Of a DNA stretch of 64,000 bases, positions 53,368 to 62,145 are shown one piece after another. The notes beneath the pieces are model-generated. The model did no database searches, was not told where the DNA came from, and worked only from the letters and a program-made list of their open reading frames with translations. The stretch is from assembly GCA_938002085.1 (NCBI GenBank), contig CALLAT010000074.1, positions 21,173 to 85,172 of the forward strand, read 5' to 3'. Every line of letters starts with the position of its first letter. Position 1 is the first letter of the stretch. The DNA is from an uncultured Pseudanabaenaceae cyanobacterium (GTDB taxonomy: Bacteria; Cyanobacteriota; Cyanobacteriia; PCC-9006; JAAUQQ01). A program made the position numbers and the translations under genes.

Positions 53368-55092
53368 ATGCCGGTCCCAGAGCAACCCACTTCAGCGGAT
53401 AGCAATGCTATTCCACCCAGCCCCTCGAATGGCAATGACTCAGATACTGTCGCCGCAGAGGAAGCAACGGCAGATAGCAATGTCAGTCTGCCCCTGGAAG
53501 TCATTATCGATTTAGCGGCGCATTTACAAACCCAAGGCATTGAACTCGCAGCACCGAGCCCTCCGCCTCAGCTCAAACTGGACCTGCTAGGCGAGGGAGC
53601 GACCCTCTCTGTTACAACCAGCAAGCTTGAAGCAGATTTAGATAGTGAAGGCTCAGCAGGGGGGGATGAGGATGATGAGATCGCCCCCCTAATCGAACCC
53701 AGCAGCAATCTTACAGAGCAATCAGAAGACCCCGAAGCCGAGTCAGCAGATCTCGCGGAAGAGGAAGACTTCGAAGACGACACCGCCGAGCTCCTCCCCG
53801 GCATTACCCTTACCCCAGAACAGCAGCAAGCCCTACAAACCCTCGAAACCTTCCTCGAAAGCGGCGACAAAATCCACCTGCTCACAGGCTACGCGGGCAC
53901 CGGCAAAACCACCCTGCTCCAAGCCCTGCTCATCCACCTGCAAAACAACGGCGACAAACGCCCCATCGTCTTCACCGCCCTGAGTAACAAGGCCACCAAA
54001 GTCCTCGCCACCATGGCAGAGCATTGGGATCTTAAGGTGGACTGCCTCACCTGTTGCCGCCTCCTAGGCCTCCAACCCAAGATCGACAAGGAAACTGGCC
54101 AGCAAAAATTCACCGCAGATCGCAAGGGCAAACGCTTAATCAACCGCTATCGCCTCGTGGTGGTGGACGAATGCTCCATGATCAACCAGGAGATGTGGGA
54201 GCTACTGGTCAAAGCCGTTTCCCGTTTAGACGACAAGACGCAGCTGTTATTCGTTGGGGATGAGGCTCAGCTGCCCCCCGTGGGCGAGACGGCCTCGCCC
54301 TGTTTTGAGCAAATCTATGACCGCACGGCCCTGACGGAGGTGGTGCGCTACGGCGGCGCCATTGGTTTACTGGCGGAGGATGTACGCCGCAACCTGGACC
54401 GGCCGATGATGCCCCGGTGGGAAAGCGATCGCAGCGAGGACAACACCCAAGGCACCTTCATCCTGCCGTCCCAACAATGGGACAAGCTACTCCTGCGAGC
54501 CTTCACCAGCGACTCCTATGGCCAGGACCCAGACCAAGTGCGCGTCCTGGCCTACACCAACCGCCGCGTCCAGCAACTCAACCAGCGCATCCGCGCCGCC
54601 ATCTACGGCTCCGACGCCGCCCAGTTTGTTGTCGGGGAGCGCCTGATGGCCAATAGCCCCTGCCTGATTGATGACAACCAAATCATTTTGCAAACCTCGG
54701 AGGAATGCAAGGTCTTGGATGCCTACATCGACCAGAGCGATGACCCCGTGATGCTGGAACGCTGGCAGGTTTGGAAGATGGAGATTGTCACCGAAGCTGG
54801 GCTGTACCGAGAGCTTCGCGTCCTCCACGGTAATGAGAAAAAACGCTTTGACAAGGCTTTGAAGGGACTGGCAGATAGCAAAAGCTGGAAAGCTTTTTGG
54901 GAGTTAAAGCAATATTTCCATGAGCTTAACTACGCCTACAGCCTCACCGTTCACAAGAGCCAGGGGTCAACCTTCCAAGATGTCTTTGTAGACTTGCGAA
55001 ACCTGATGATTAATCGAAAGATAACGGAGCGAAATCAACTCTGTTACGTGGCTTTTACTAGGGCAGCCAACAGGCTCTTTCTATACCAGTAA
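53368..55092 (+). CDS. SF1B RecD/Dda-like DNA helicase with ~150-aa acidic N-terminal extension
   Basis: 574-aa ORF with ATG at 53368. Walker A LTGYAGTGKTTLL, Walker B LVVVDECSMI, FVGDEAQLPPV, and the C-terminal YSLTVHKSQGSTF...CYVAFTRA (UvrD_C_2-like). Confidence 0.85.
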   Translation: MPVPEQPTSADSNAIPPSPSNGNDSDTVAAEEATADSNVSLPLEVIIDLAAHLQTQGIELAAPSPPPQLKLDLLGEGATLSVTTSKLEADLDSEGSAGGDEDDEIAPLIEPSSNLTEQSEDPEAESADLAEEEDFEDDTAELLPGITLTPEQQQALQTLETFLESGDKIHLLTGYAGTGKTTLLQALLIHLQNNGDKRPIVFTALSNKATKVLATMAEHWDLKVDCLTCCRLLGLQPKIDKETGQQKFTADRKGKRLINRYRLVVVDECSMINQEMWELLVKAVSRLDDKTQLLFVGDEAQLPPVGETASPCFEQIYDRTALTEVVRYGGAIGLLAEDVRRNLDRPMMPRWESDRSEDNTQGTFILPSQQWDKLLLRAFTSDSYGQDPDQVRVLAYTNRRVQQLNQRIRAAIYGSDAAQFVVGERLMANSPCLIDDNQIILQTSEECKVLDAYIDQSDDPVMLERWQVWKMEIVTEAGLYRELRVLHGNEKKRFDKALKGLADSKSWKAFWELKQYFHELNYAYSLTVHKSQGSTFQDVFVDLRNLMINRKITERNQLCYVAFTRAANRLFLYQ

Positions 55093-55335
55093 GCAGTGAT
55101 TACCCCCTCAAGAGCCAACTCATTTGAGTAACAATTAAAACAGGAAAGCGACAATTTTCAATCGATACGCAGAGAGCATCCAAAGGAGTTGCCTAAGCAA
55201 TCCCAGTCATTCTCCTCAGACTAAGTCTGATTTAGTGCCCCCAACTTCCATTCGTTGAGCCTGTAGGAGTGAACCGCCCGCCCGAAGGGAATCGAAGGGC
55301 AGCCATTAGAATTTGGTATTAGCCTGCGTAAGAAA

Positions 55336-55364
55336 GCCCCAACTCGTGCGATGCGAGTTGGGGC
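55336..55364 (-). terminator. Stem-loop terminator downstream of the fasciclin gene
   Basis: gccccaactcg (55336-55346) pairs with cgagttggggc (55354-55364). On the minus strand the hairpin is followed by tttctta. Confidence 0.6.
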
Positions 55365-55478
55365 TAGTTGTCATGGAGTGAAGAACCGCTAATTTCGCCT
55401 TCCTACAGACTCGGCCTGGGCCGTTCAGACTGTAGAGGAGGACTCAAACAAGCGTGGGTTATCTGCTGAGCAGGCTGC

Positions 55479-56291
55479 CTACCAAAGACCACGAACAGGC
55501 TCAGAGACAGGTTCAGAAGAGAACTCAGGCTCCTCTACAGCATTATTCAGCATTGGTGCTTCCGCAGTGGCAGCAGGCTCGATGGGCTCGACAGCCTGAA
55601 ACACTGCAGCTTCGGATTCAGCAGCAGCCATGTCATCGGCAGCCATGTCATCGGCAGCCATGTCATCAGCAACCATATCGTCAGCAGCCATAGGCTCTGC
55701 ATCGTCAGCAGCCAAGCGATTTGCCAGTTCGGTCGCCACAGATTCAGGCACCAGCACCTGATCGATCACATGGATAACGCCATTGCTACCCTGCACATCA
55801 GCCCGGAGGACCTGGGCATCGTTAACCATCACGCCGTCAGTGGAAACATCAACCATCAAGTTTCCAGCCAAGGTCTCAACATCACCTGTGCTCAGGTCAG
55901 ATGACAGCACTCCACCTTCAACAACGTGATAGACCAAAACTTGAGTCAACAAATCCTTGTTCTCAGGCTCCAGCAGAGCTTCTAAGACACCTGCAGGCAA
56001 GGCGTCAAAGGCTTCGTCAATGGGAGCAAAGACCGTTAGGGGGCCTTCACCAGAAAGCGCATCCACGAGGTCAGCAGCCTGAAGGGCGGTGACGAGGGTA
56101 TCAAAGGCTCCTGCACTGGTTGCAATATCAACAATGGAAGGCGCGCCTTGGGCAACTTGCTCGGTTACGGCACCGGCTTCAGTGGCTTCAATTTGAGCAT
56201 GGGACGCAGAAGAGAGACCTGTACCCAATGCGATGCTTGCACCACACAAGCTAATCGCGAGAAATTTCAAACCGTTGAGTGAAGAAGTCAT
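55479..56291 (-). CDS. Secreted fasciclin (FAS1) domain protein with acidic Met/Asp-repeat C-terminal tail
   Basis: 270-aa ORF with ATG at 56291. Signal peptide [21 protein letters not shown]1 motifs [30 protein letters not shown] and [12 protein letters not shown]. The tail reads [25 protein letters not shown]. Confidence 0.88.
   Translation of the reverse strand: MTSSLNGLKFLAISLCGASIALGTGLSSASHAQIEATEAGAVTEQVAQGAPSIVDIATSAGAFDTLVTALQAADLVDALSGEGPLTVFAPIDEAFDALPAGVLEALLEPENKDLLTQVLVYHVVEGGVLSSDLSTGDVETLAGNLMVDVSTDGVMVNDAQVLRADVQGSNGVIHVIDQVLVPESVATELANRLAADDAEPMAADDMVADDMAADDMAADDMAAAESEAAVFQAVEPIEPAATAEAPMLNNAVEEPEFSSEPVSEPVRGLW
55624..55692. repeat. 15-nt tandem repeat (about 4.5 units) inside the fasciclin gene
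   Basis: Units gcagccatgtcatcg / gcagccatgtcatcg / gcagccatgtcatca / gcaaccatatcgtca / gcagccata... They encode (A/V)ADDM repeats on the minus strand. Confidence 0.85.
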
Positions 56292-56922
56292 ATCGATTTC
56301 GCTGCTGTGTGTTTTCGTAACTGGAGCGATACTATCAGCAATCCAATCGAAAAATCTCTTAATAACTACACATATATGAATTTCAAAACATCCGGAACAA
56401 GCATTTTTGCTTTTCGTCCTGGCGATGTTTTAAGGAATAAATTCCTATTTTCGTCTATTCAGAAACTTTTATTGGAAGTACACGTCTCCCACCGGGTTTA
56501 GCAGAACTGACAAAATCGTTAAATCTGACACTTATGGCAAAGGCTTATTTGTTGAGAGATTTGCAAGGAATATCACAGGCCAACAGCTGTAGCTGCCAAA
56601 AGCCAATGATCTCTCTAATCTCATGGAAAATGCGACAGCATTCAGCGTAGCCCCCCAAGAATCATCAACTATTTCCCAAGCCAGTCCTCCGGTGAAAGAC
56701 CCGTTTGGCGTTACGAGCCACATCAATATAGAGGTGCCTCCTTTAAAGCCTCGTAAAGCTGCCTAACATTATGCTGCGATCGCTTGCTCCCCCTATTCTT
56801 GGCTTTGTAACATCAGCGACAGAATAAGAAGTGCATTGCTCAACCGCATCAGTCCCTTGCTGCTGTTTTCTTCCAGCAACAGTCGACCGGCGCAATGCCC
56901 GCTTCAACCCAGAGGTTTTGCC

Positions 56923-57165
56923 ATGGCTGTCGCCCAATCCCGTCTAACATCCCCCCATCCCGTTCGAGAAGGTCAGAGTTACCAGTACCATTGGTGCTCT
57001 CGCCAAGAATTAGCTGCGGGACGATGGGTCAGCCTCATCAAGCTGCCTAGCCCCATGAGTGACGACGAGGCATTACTCCTTTGTGAGGAAGAGGGCGACC
57101 GCTGGCTTGTCTGGGTTCCTAACCATGGCGAAGCCATTATCGATACCCACAGCTTTGCCTGCTGA
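56923..57165 (+). CDS. Small hypothetical protein (80 aa)
   Basis: The ORF track gives 56836..57165. The ATG at 56923 gives MAVAQSRLTSPHPVREGQSYQYHWCS... A strong terminator follows. No family recognised. Confidence 0.5.
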   Translation: MAVAQSRLTSPHPVREGQSYQYHWCSRQELAAGRWVSLIKLPSPMSDDEALLLCEEEGDRWLVWVPNHGEAIIDTHSFAC

Positions 57166-57193
57166 AGCCCATTTAAGGTTACGAACAGCAAAA

Positions 57194-57228
57194 AGCCAGG
57201 AAGACTTGATTGTCTTCCTGGCTTTTTT
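57194..57228. terminator. Bidirectional rho-independent terminator between convergent genes
   Basis: agccaggaagac (57194-57205), loop ttgatt, gtcttcctggct (57212-57223). The 12-bp stem is perfect, with aaaa upstream and ttttt downstream. Confidence 0.85.
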
Positions 57229-57272
57229 AATAGATGGGAGGCAGCAGCCAACCAAACTGGACGCCCATTACT

Positions 57273-59222
57273 CTATTCGCCATCCCCTTGGGGCTGACTG
57301 ACTGGCTGGGCATTCGATTGATTGCGCAATACTGGCTTAGCACCACCTCCAGTGGCAGGTTTACGCCTGCCAAATTTTCCGCCCTGGAAGTCACCGCTTT
57401 TAAAGCTAGGGCGACTCGATCGCCCACCGGCAAACTTTCGCTCCCCGCCGAATTTGCGATCGCTAAACTTACCGCCGGAAGGACGCTCATCAAAGCGCCT
57501 CGCCTTGCGATAGCGCTCACCACCGGAATAGGACGGAGCCGATGAAGTAGAACCGGCATCACCCTCTCGCAACGCAGGCTTAGGAATAAACCGCTTGCCC
57601 CCAGAGGACTGACCTCCAAACTTTTTGCCACCAAATTTCTGGCCGCCGAACTTATTGCCGCCAAACTTGGGCGCACCAAATTTCTTACCCCCCAATCGCG
57701 GCTTGCCATGAGATAAGCGGGGTTGAGGGGTGCGAGAACCACCACGAGAATCGCTACGGCCATAGCGCTGCTGAGGTCTTGGGCTAGGGCTGTGGCGAGG
57801 CTCAGGCTGATCCCACCAGCGACCTTCCATGGAAGATTCACTCGATTCGGAGGGTGTAAACCGTGACTCGCGGTTGTCTCGGCTGTCCCGCTGCTGGGGC
57901 TTGAAGGAATCTCTCCCTCGCCTCTGATCTGACCCCGTTCTTAAGCGCGGAGAGGCATTAGAGCTGGAGCGGTCCCTCGATTGTCCTCCTGCCAACTTAG
58001 GCTTTTCGCCTGAGGCGGTTCGAGGGGAGGGAGTCGGCGAGTAGTTAAAGGAGGGAGCATCTTGCCGCTTGGCTTCAAACCGAGACCCATTCGCCCTAGC
58101 TCGCAGGGGACCCATTTCATTGGGACCGGGACGGAAATTGCTGCCGCTGTCCTTACGGCCCTTGAAGGCAGCACCTTTGGCACCGCGCTCGGGCTTACCG
58201 CCTCGGGCAAACTTGCGCTCGCCCCCATCTCGGCCCCCTCTTTGGTCTCGGCCGCCGCGTCCATCCCGTCCACTTCTGCCATCTCGCCCATCCCGTCCGG
58301 GGCGCTCATGTCGCCCACCCTCTGAGGCCTGCCCCTTCTTGGAGAAATCGACTGCGGGTGTGGAAACCTTGCGACGGAAGAAGGCCGCATGGAGCGATCG
58401 CTTGGGTTTCGCATCCCCTGCTTCAGCGGTTGCTCCCTCAGCATCCGTCGCTTCCACCGCAGCAACCGTCTCAACCACAGGCGCATCTAACCTAGCCTGG
58501 GTCACTTGCCGATGCTGCTGCTTGAGATTACTTTCTGCGGCTTCAATCAGCACCACAGCTTGGGTGACAAATTCTTCAATCGTCTGAACCAAGATGGGCT
58601 GGCCACTGGTCTCCTCCTTTTGGACAAAGTAAGGGGGCTGCTGCAACCGCGCCTTGGCAAAGCCAAATTTAATCGCTTCCAGGGCTTCAGTTGTTTTAGC
58701 AACCCAGTCCGCATCGACTCCCGGCTTGGGGACAGACTGCCACAGGCCAGGCGCCACTTGGGTGGACTCGCTCAAACGCTCCAGGGACTGCTTCAGCTTC
58801 GTGATGCGGTTCTCTAAGCTAATTAAGGTGGTGCGAGTCAGCTCTAGCTCGGCGGTATCTTGGATCGCTTCTAGAGTCGTTAGGGTAATGCTGGTGCTGC
58901 GGGCCGCTTTGGTGGCCCCGCTGTCGAAGCCCGCATTGGAAAGCATTAGGGCGCGATCGCCCTTCACGTCCTTCATCACCTGTTTCAAGGCAAATACATC
59001 GGCCTTGGTGACCGGCGTATCCCAATGGCGACAGTCAATAATGCAGCGCGTCTTCACGCCGTACTGCTCGGCTTGCAGCCAAACATCAATACGGTGGTCG
59101 CCTCGGTTTCCCTCCACCGTCTTTTCCACTGCGACCTGACAGTCCAGCACCTCAAAGGGGAGTGCTGCGGCCTGTTTATAAGCTTTCCAATCCACGGGTC
59201 TCGTTCCTGCGCTGCTTGCCAT
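57273..59222 (-). CDS. Mrr_cat/PD-(D/E)xK restriction-endonuclease-like N-terminal domain fused to a helical linker and a ~380-aa Arg/Gly/Lys/Ser-rich low-complexity tail
   Basis: 649-aa ORF with ATG at 59222. N-terminus HRIDVWLQAEQYGVKTRCIIDCRHWDTPVTKADVFALKQVMKDVKGDRALMLSNAGFDSGA matches the Mrr_cat layout. The tail holds GRDGRDGRSGRDGRGGRDQRGGRDGG and KFGAPKFGGNKFGGQKFGGKKFGG repeats. Confidence 0.8.
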   Translation of the reverse strand: MASSAGTRPVDWKAYKQAAALPFEVLDCQVAVEKTVEGNRGDHRIDVWLQAEQYGVKTRCIIDCRHWDTPVTKADVFALKQVMKDVKGDRALMLSNAGFDSGATKAARSTSITLTTLEAIQDTAELELTRTTLISLENRITKLKQSLERLSESTQVAPGLWQSVPKPGVDADWVAKTTEALEAIKFGFAKARLQQPPYFVQKEETSGQPILVQTIEEFVTQAVVLIEAAESNLKQQHRQVTQARLDAPVVETVAAVEATDAEGATAEAGDAKPKRSLHAAFFRRKVSTPAVDFSKKGQASEGGRHERPGRDGRDGRSGRDGRGGRDQRGGRDGGERKFARGGKPERGAKGAAFKGRKDSGSNFRPGPNEMGPLRARANGSRFEAKRQDAPSFNYSPTPSPRTASGEKPKLAGGQSRDRSSSNASPRLRTGSDQRRGRDSFKPQQRDSRDNRESRFTPSESSESSMEGRWWDQPEPRHSPSPRPQQRYGRSDSRGGSRTPQPRLSHGKPRLGGKKFGAPKFGGNKFGGQKFGGKKFGGQSSGGKRFIPKPALREGDAGSTSSAPSYSGGERYRKARRFDERPSGGKFSDRKFGGERKFAGGRSSRPSFKSGDFQGGKFGRRKPATGGGAKPVLRNQSNAQPVSQPQGDGE

Positions 59223-59431
59223 CGCTAGCGTTGGGGGCGCTCTCGTGGCTTCTATTTATTCAGACTATCACCCCCCCTTGGGGAAGCAGCAACCGAGGCT
59301 TTTAATGAAGTAACTGTTATAAAAACAGCACCTTAATATACGAATGTCACCGAATCCACGAAGCTACGGCAGGGATTGAGCGGCTCAAATTAGAACGGTT
59401 TGCCACTCGGCAGAGTTGCGACTGGGTGTGG

Positions 59432-62131
59432 CTACTGGTTCAGTCCCAAGACTTCACTCGGCATCTGCAAATTTAGAGCTTGATAGGGTTCAGACTCGCC
59501 ATCGAGCCGGATTCCAGGGGCCGACAGAACCACATCATTTACGTACAGGGAATAGTCCCCTTGGGTCAGGGATTCCAAGTAATAGACCCCAGCCCCGTTG
59601 GTCACCGAAAGCTGACGTTGCCCCGAATCCTGATGAACGGCTTCTACCTTGGCTCCGCCTAGGGGCTGGCCCTGCTCGTCTCGCACCACGCCCGTCACGG
59701 TGTAAGACAGGCTCAACGGGATTTTAAGCTGGGTGTATTGGCCAGGAACCACCGTCACGGCATAGGCCGTTTCCGAGGCGGTCCAGTCTAGGGGGAGTCC
59801 CGCAGGGTCTAGATCCAAACGATAGCTAGCGGGCTCTAGGGGCACTGAAACGCCATCTCCCCCAGCGATGGATCGAAAACGATGGAGGCCGCGATGGTTA
59901 AGGCTGAATAGCTCATCAGCACCGGCGAGATGTAAAGGCTCATCACTGTCCTGCTGGCCATTGCCGTTTTGATCCAGAAAGGGCTGAACGAGGAGGCCCC
60001 CCTGCTGGCGCAGTTGCTCCTGACGGGGATCTCCAGGGGAGAGTTTGCGGTGGCTATTAGGTTGTACTCGCAACCGAGGGGTTAGGTTGACCGTGAAGCG
60101 ATCGCTGTTAGAAACGGCGGAAATGCCCTCGTAGCGCAGCCGCAGATCCAAACCGGGGATGATGGCAGTACCCAGTTGGGCGATAGCCCCCTGCCCCTGG
60201 GACCCCAAACCATAGCCCAGGCGAACGTTCCACAGCGACCGGCCATCCCCGACCTTCTGGCCGGAGCGATAGTGCCAACCAACACTGGCCAAATTCTCAG
60301 GGCTGTCATTCACCTCACGGGTTTCGTAGTCCAATTGCAGCTCGTGGCCTTGGTTCGACCGGCGATCGCCCAATTGATAGCTCAGGGCAGAAGTCGTCGC
60401 CGTATCATTGCCGCGATGGTCAAAGCTGAGGGCATTCCAGCGCGACGAAACGGACCAATTGGCCTTGAGATTGGTATCAACCAGGGCCGAGGCATAGGTG
60501 CTCAGTTCCCCCAGTTGGAAGGCAACCCTCGCGCCCGCATTGAGAGCCCCGTCGCGGCTGTTGCCTCCCGTGGTGAGGGTCAAAAATTTGTTGGTGCGCC
60601 ATTGGGCCTTGTAGCGCTGGGAAAAGCGATCGCCGCTTAGATTCAGCCGGAAGCGATCGTTGGGGCGCCAGCTCGCCCGGGCCGTCGCGTCCCAGTCGGA
60701 GTCGGCTTCCAAGCTGGCTAATGCTGCCAGAGATATATCTAGTTGATCAGTGGGCTGATAGAAGCCATCCAATAGAGCCCTTGGGCGATCGTCATGGACC
60801 AGCCCCGCCCCCAGCGTCAGCCGTTCGCCCAGGCCTCGCCGATAGGCAATACCGCCTTGGAAGCCATCAAACGAGCCCCATAAATCCGACTCCCGCTCCT
60901 GCTGTCGGTCAAAGCCTCCCGACAGAATCAGTGCCTGGCCTCCAGCGGGAAGCTGCCCCGGCATCACCGTAAAACTCGCTCGCCGCACCACCGGCTCTGC
61001 CGTGAGTTGCCCATCGGGATAGAGCAACAGCTGATAGCCACTGCCCGGCACCTGCTCAAAGCGATAGAGCCCGGAGGAATCCACCAGCACTTCATCCACC
61101 ACAGCCCGACCCAGCCCTTGGGTGAGCTGAACCAGAGTGCCAGGCTCCGCCTCTCCAGCAATCTCGCGGCCCACGCTCTCCGCCTGAAGGCGCTGCTGGG
61201 GGCTAAATCCCCCTGTGGCTGAGCTATCCGGCGCTTCAAAGCCCCAGCGACGAATCGTCGTCAAGCCCCAATAGTCATCCGTCGCTGCACTGGACCAAAA
61301 CGTCTGCTGAGATCCGGCGGCCCAATCCTGGGCTTCGCCCTGGCGCAGATACTGGGCTTCCTCTAGCTGCCAACTGCGGCGCTCCCCCAGCTCCGGCTGG
61401 TCCAGTTGCACATACCAAGCCCCGCCTAGGGCTGAGCCGATCGCCGTCAGCTCTCCCTCCACCTTCGTCTCCGATGCTCCTCCAGACTGCCGCCGCCCCT
61501 GCACATCAATCGACTGGGCCACCGCTGCGATTCCCCAGGGAGCAGGCGTCACCCTGGGCAAGCCTTCTAAAACCACAGGGGTCTCGTTCCCTGGGGCGCG
61601 TTTGCTGGCCACCGCCTCCCAGGGCAGCGTCAGTTCCAAAGCATAGTTTTCTAAATCGAACGCCACCTCAACGCCAAGCTGCTCCCGCAACTGAGCCACG
61701 GAGAAGGCTAAGCCCATCTCGCCATCAGTGGTGAGTTGACCAGGCTCGATGCGCTTGACCAGGGCCAGCGATCGCAATTCAATCCCCCCATCTTCCAGGG
61801 GCTGCATCATCATCTGCAAAGCCCTGGCGAGGCCATCTAGCGGCAAGAGCCATTGCTCTAGGTCTTGGGCTTGGCGGCCGTCCTCTGCTCCCAAAACAAG
61901 GAGGGTTTCACCTGTTTTAGACGAGAGCGTTGCCTGGGTGCGATCGCGCACCACTAGGCCCACAGGCATGAGCGAAAAGATCGCCGACTCCCCAACCTCC
62001 GCAGACAATGCCGGAGCTTCACTGGCTTCAAGAGCGGGCAGTTCCGTCGCCTGAGCCACCTCGGCGATCGCGAATCCTGAGCCGCTAACGAATAAGAGGC
62101 TACAGCTAAGTTGTGTGAGCAAGAATTTCAC
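59432..62131 (-). CDS. Putative outer-membrane fimbrial usher-like protein (FimD/PapC-like layout)
   Basis: 899-aa ORF with a GTG start at 62131, 14 nt after the chaperone stop, and a signal peptide. NTD-like LAFSVAQLREQLGVEVAFDLENYALELTLPWEAV. Plug-like REIAGEAEPGTLVQLTQGLGRAVVDEVLVDSSGLYRFEQVP. A long amphipathic beta-strand region. CTD-like YRLDLDPAGLPLDW...VTGVVRDEQGQPLGGAKVEAV...GVYYLESLTQGDYSLYV. Confidence 0.6.
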   Translation of the reverse strand: MKFLLTQLSCSLLFVSGSGFAIAEVAQATELPALEASEAPALSAEVGESAIFSLMPVGLVVRDRTQATLSSKTGETLLVLGAEDGRQAQDLEQWLLPLDGLARALQMMMQPLEDGGIELRSLALVKRIEPGQLTTDGEMGLAFSVAQLREQLGVEVAFDLENYALELTLPWEAVASKRAPGNETPVVLEGLPRVTPAPWGIAAVAQSIDVQGRRQSGGASETKVEGELTAIGSALGGAWYVQLDQPELGERRSWQLEEAQYLRQGEAQDWAAGSQQTFWSSAATDDYWGLTTIRRWGFEAPDSSATGGFSPQQRLQAESVGREIAGEAEPGTLVQLTQGLGRAVVDEVLVDSSGLYRFEQVPGSGYQLLLYPDGQLTAEPVVRRASFTVMPGQLPAGGQALILSGGFDRQQERESDLWGSFDGFQGGIAYRRGLGERLTLGAGLVHDDRPRALLDGFYQPTDQLDISLAALASLEADSDWDATARASWRPNDRFRLNLSGDRFSQRYKAQWRTNKFLTLTTGGNSRDGALNAGARVAFQLGELSTYASALVDTNLKANWSVSSRWNALSFDHRGNDTATTSALSYQLGDRRSNQGHELQLDYETREVNDSPENLASVGWHYRSGQKVGDGRSLWNVRLGYGLGSQGQGAIAQLGTAIIPGLDLRLRYEGISAVSNSDRFTVNLTPRLRVQPNSHRKLSPGDPRQEQLRQQGGLLVQPFLDQNGNGQQDSDEPLHLAGADELFSLNHRGLHRFRSIAGGDGVSVPLEPASYRLDLDPAGLPLDWTASETAYAVTVVPGQYTQLKIPLSLSYTVTGVVRDEQGQPLGGAKVEAVHQDSGQRQLSVTNGAGVYYLESLTQGDYSLYVNDVVLSAPGIRLDGESEPYQALNLQMPSEVLGLNQ

Positions 62132-62145
62132 AGCAGAACGGTGGC

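Noticed and set aside
55260-55410. Possible structured RNA in the helicase-fasciclin spacer. Terminal complementarity cctgtagga/tcctacag, a direct repeat ggagtgaa(ga)ccgc, and a weak resemblance of cgaagggcagcca to the SRP-RNA GGAAGCAGCC motif.
   Set aside because: The SRP-like match is too degenerate and lacks the symmetric-loop context. The central hairpin is adequately explained as the fasciclin terminator. I found no 6S, tmRNA or RNase P signatures.
56532-56937. Minus-strand ORFs 56532..56726 and 56743..56937, and the long form (56836) of the plus-strand ORF.
   Set aside because: Their composition is implausible and no motifs are present. The plus ORF is better started at the ATG at 56923. 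I treat the region as regulatory or non-coding.
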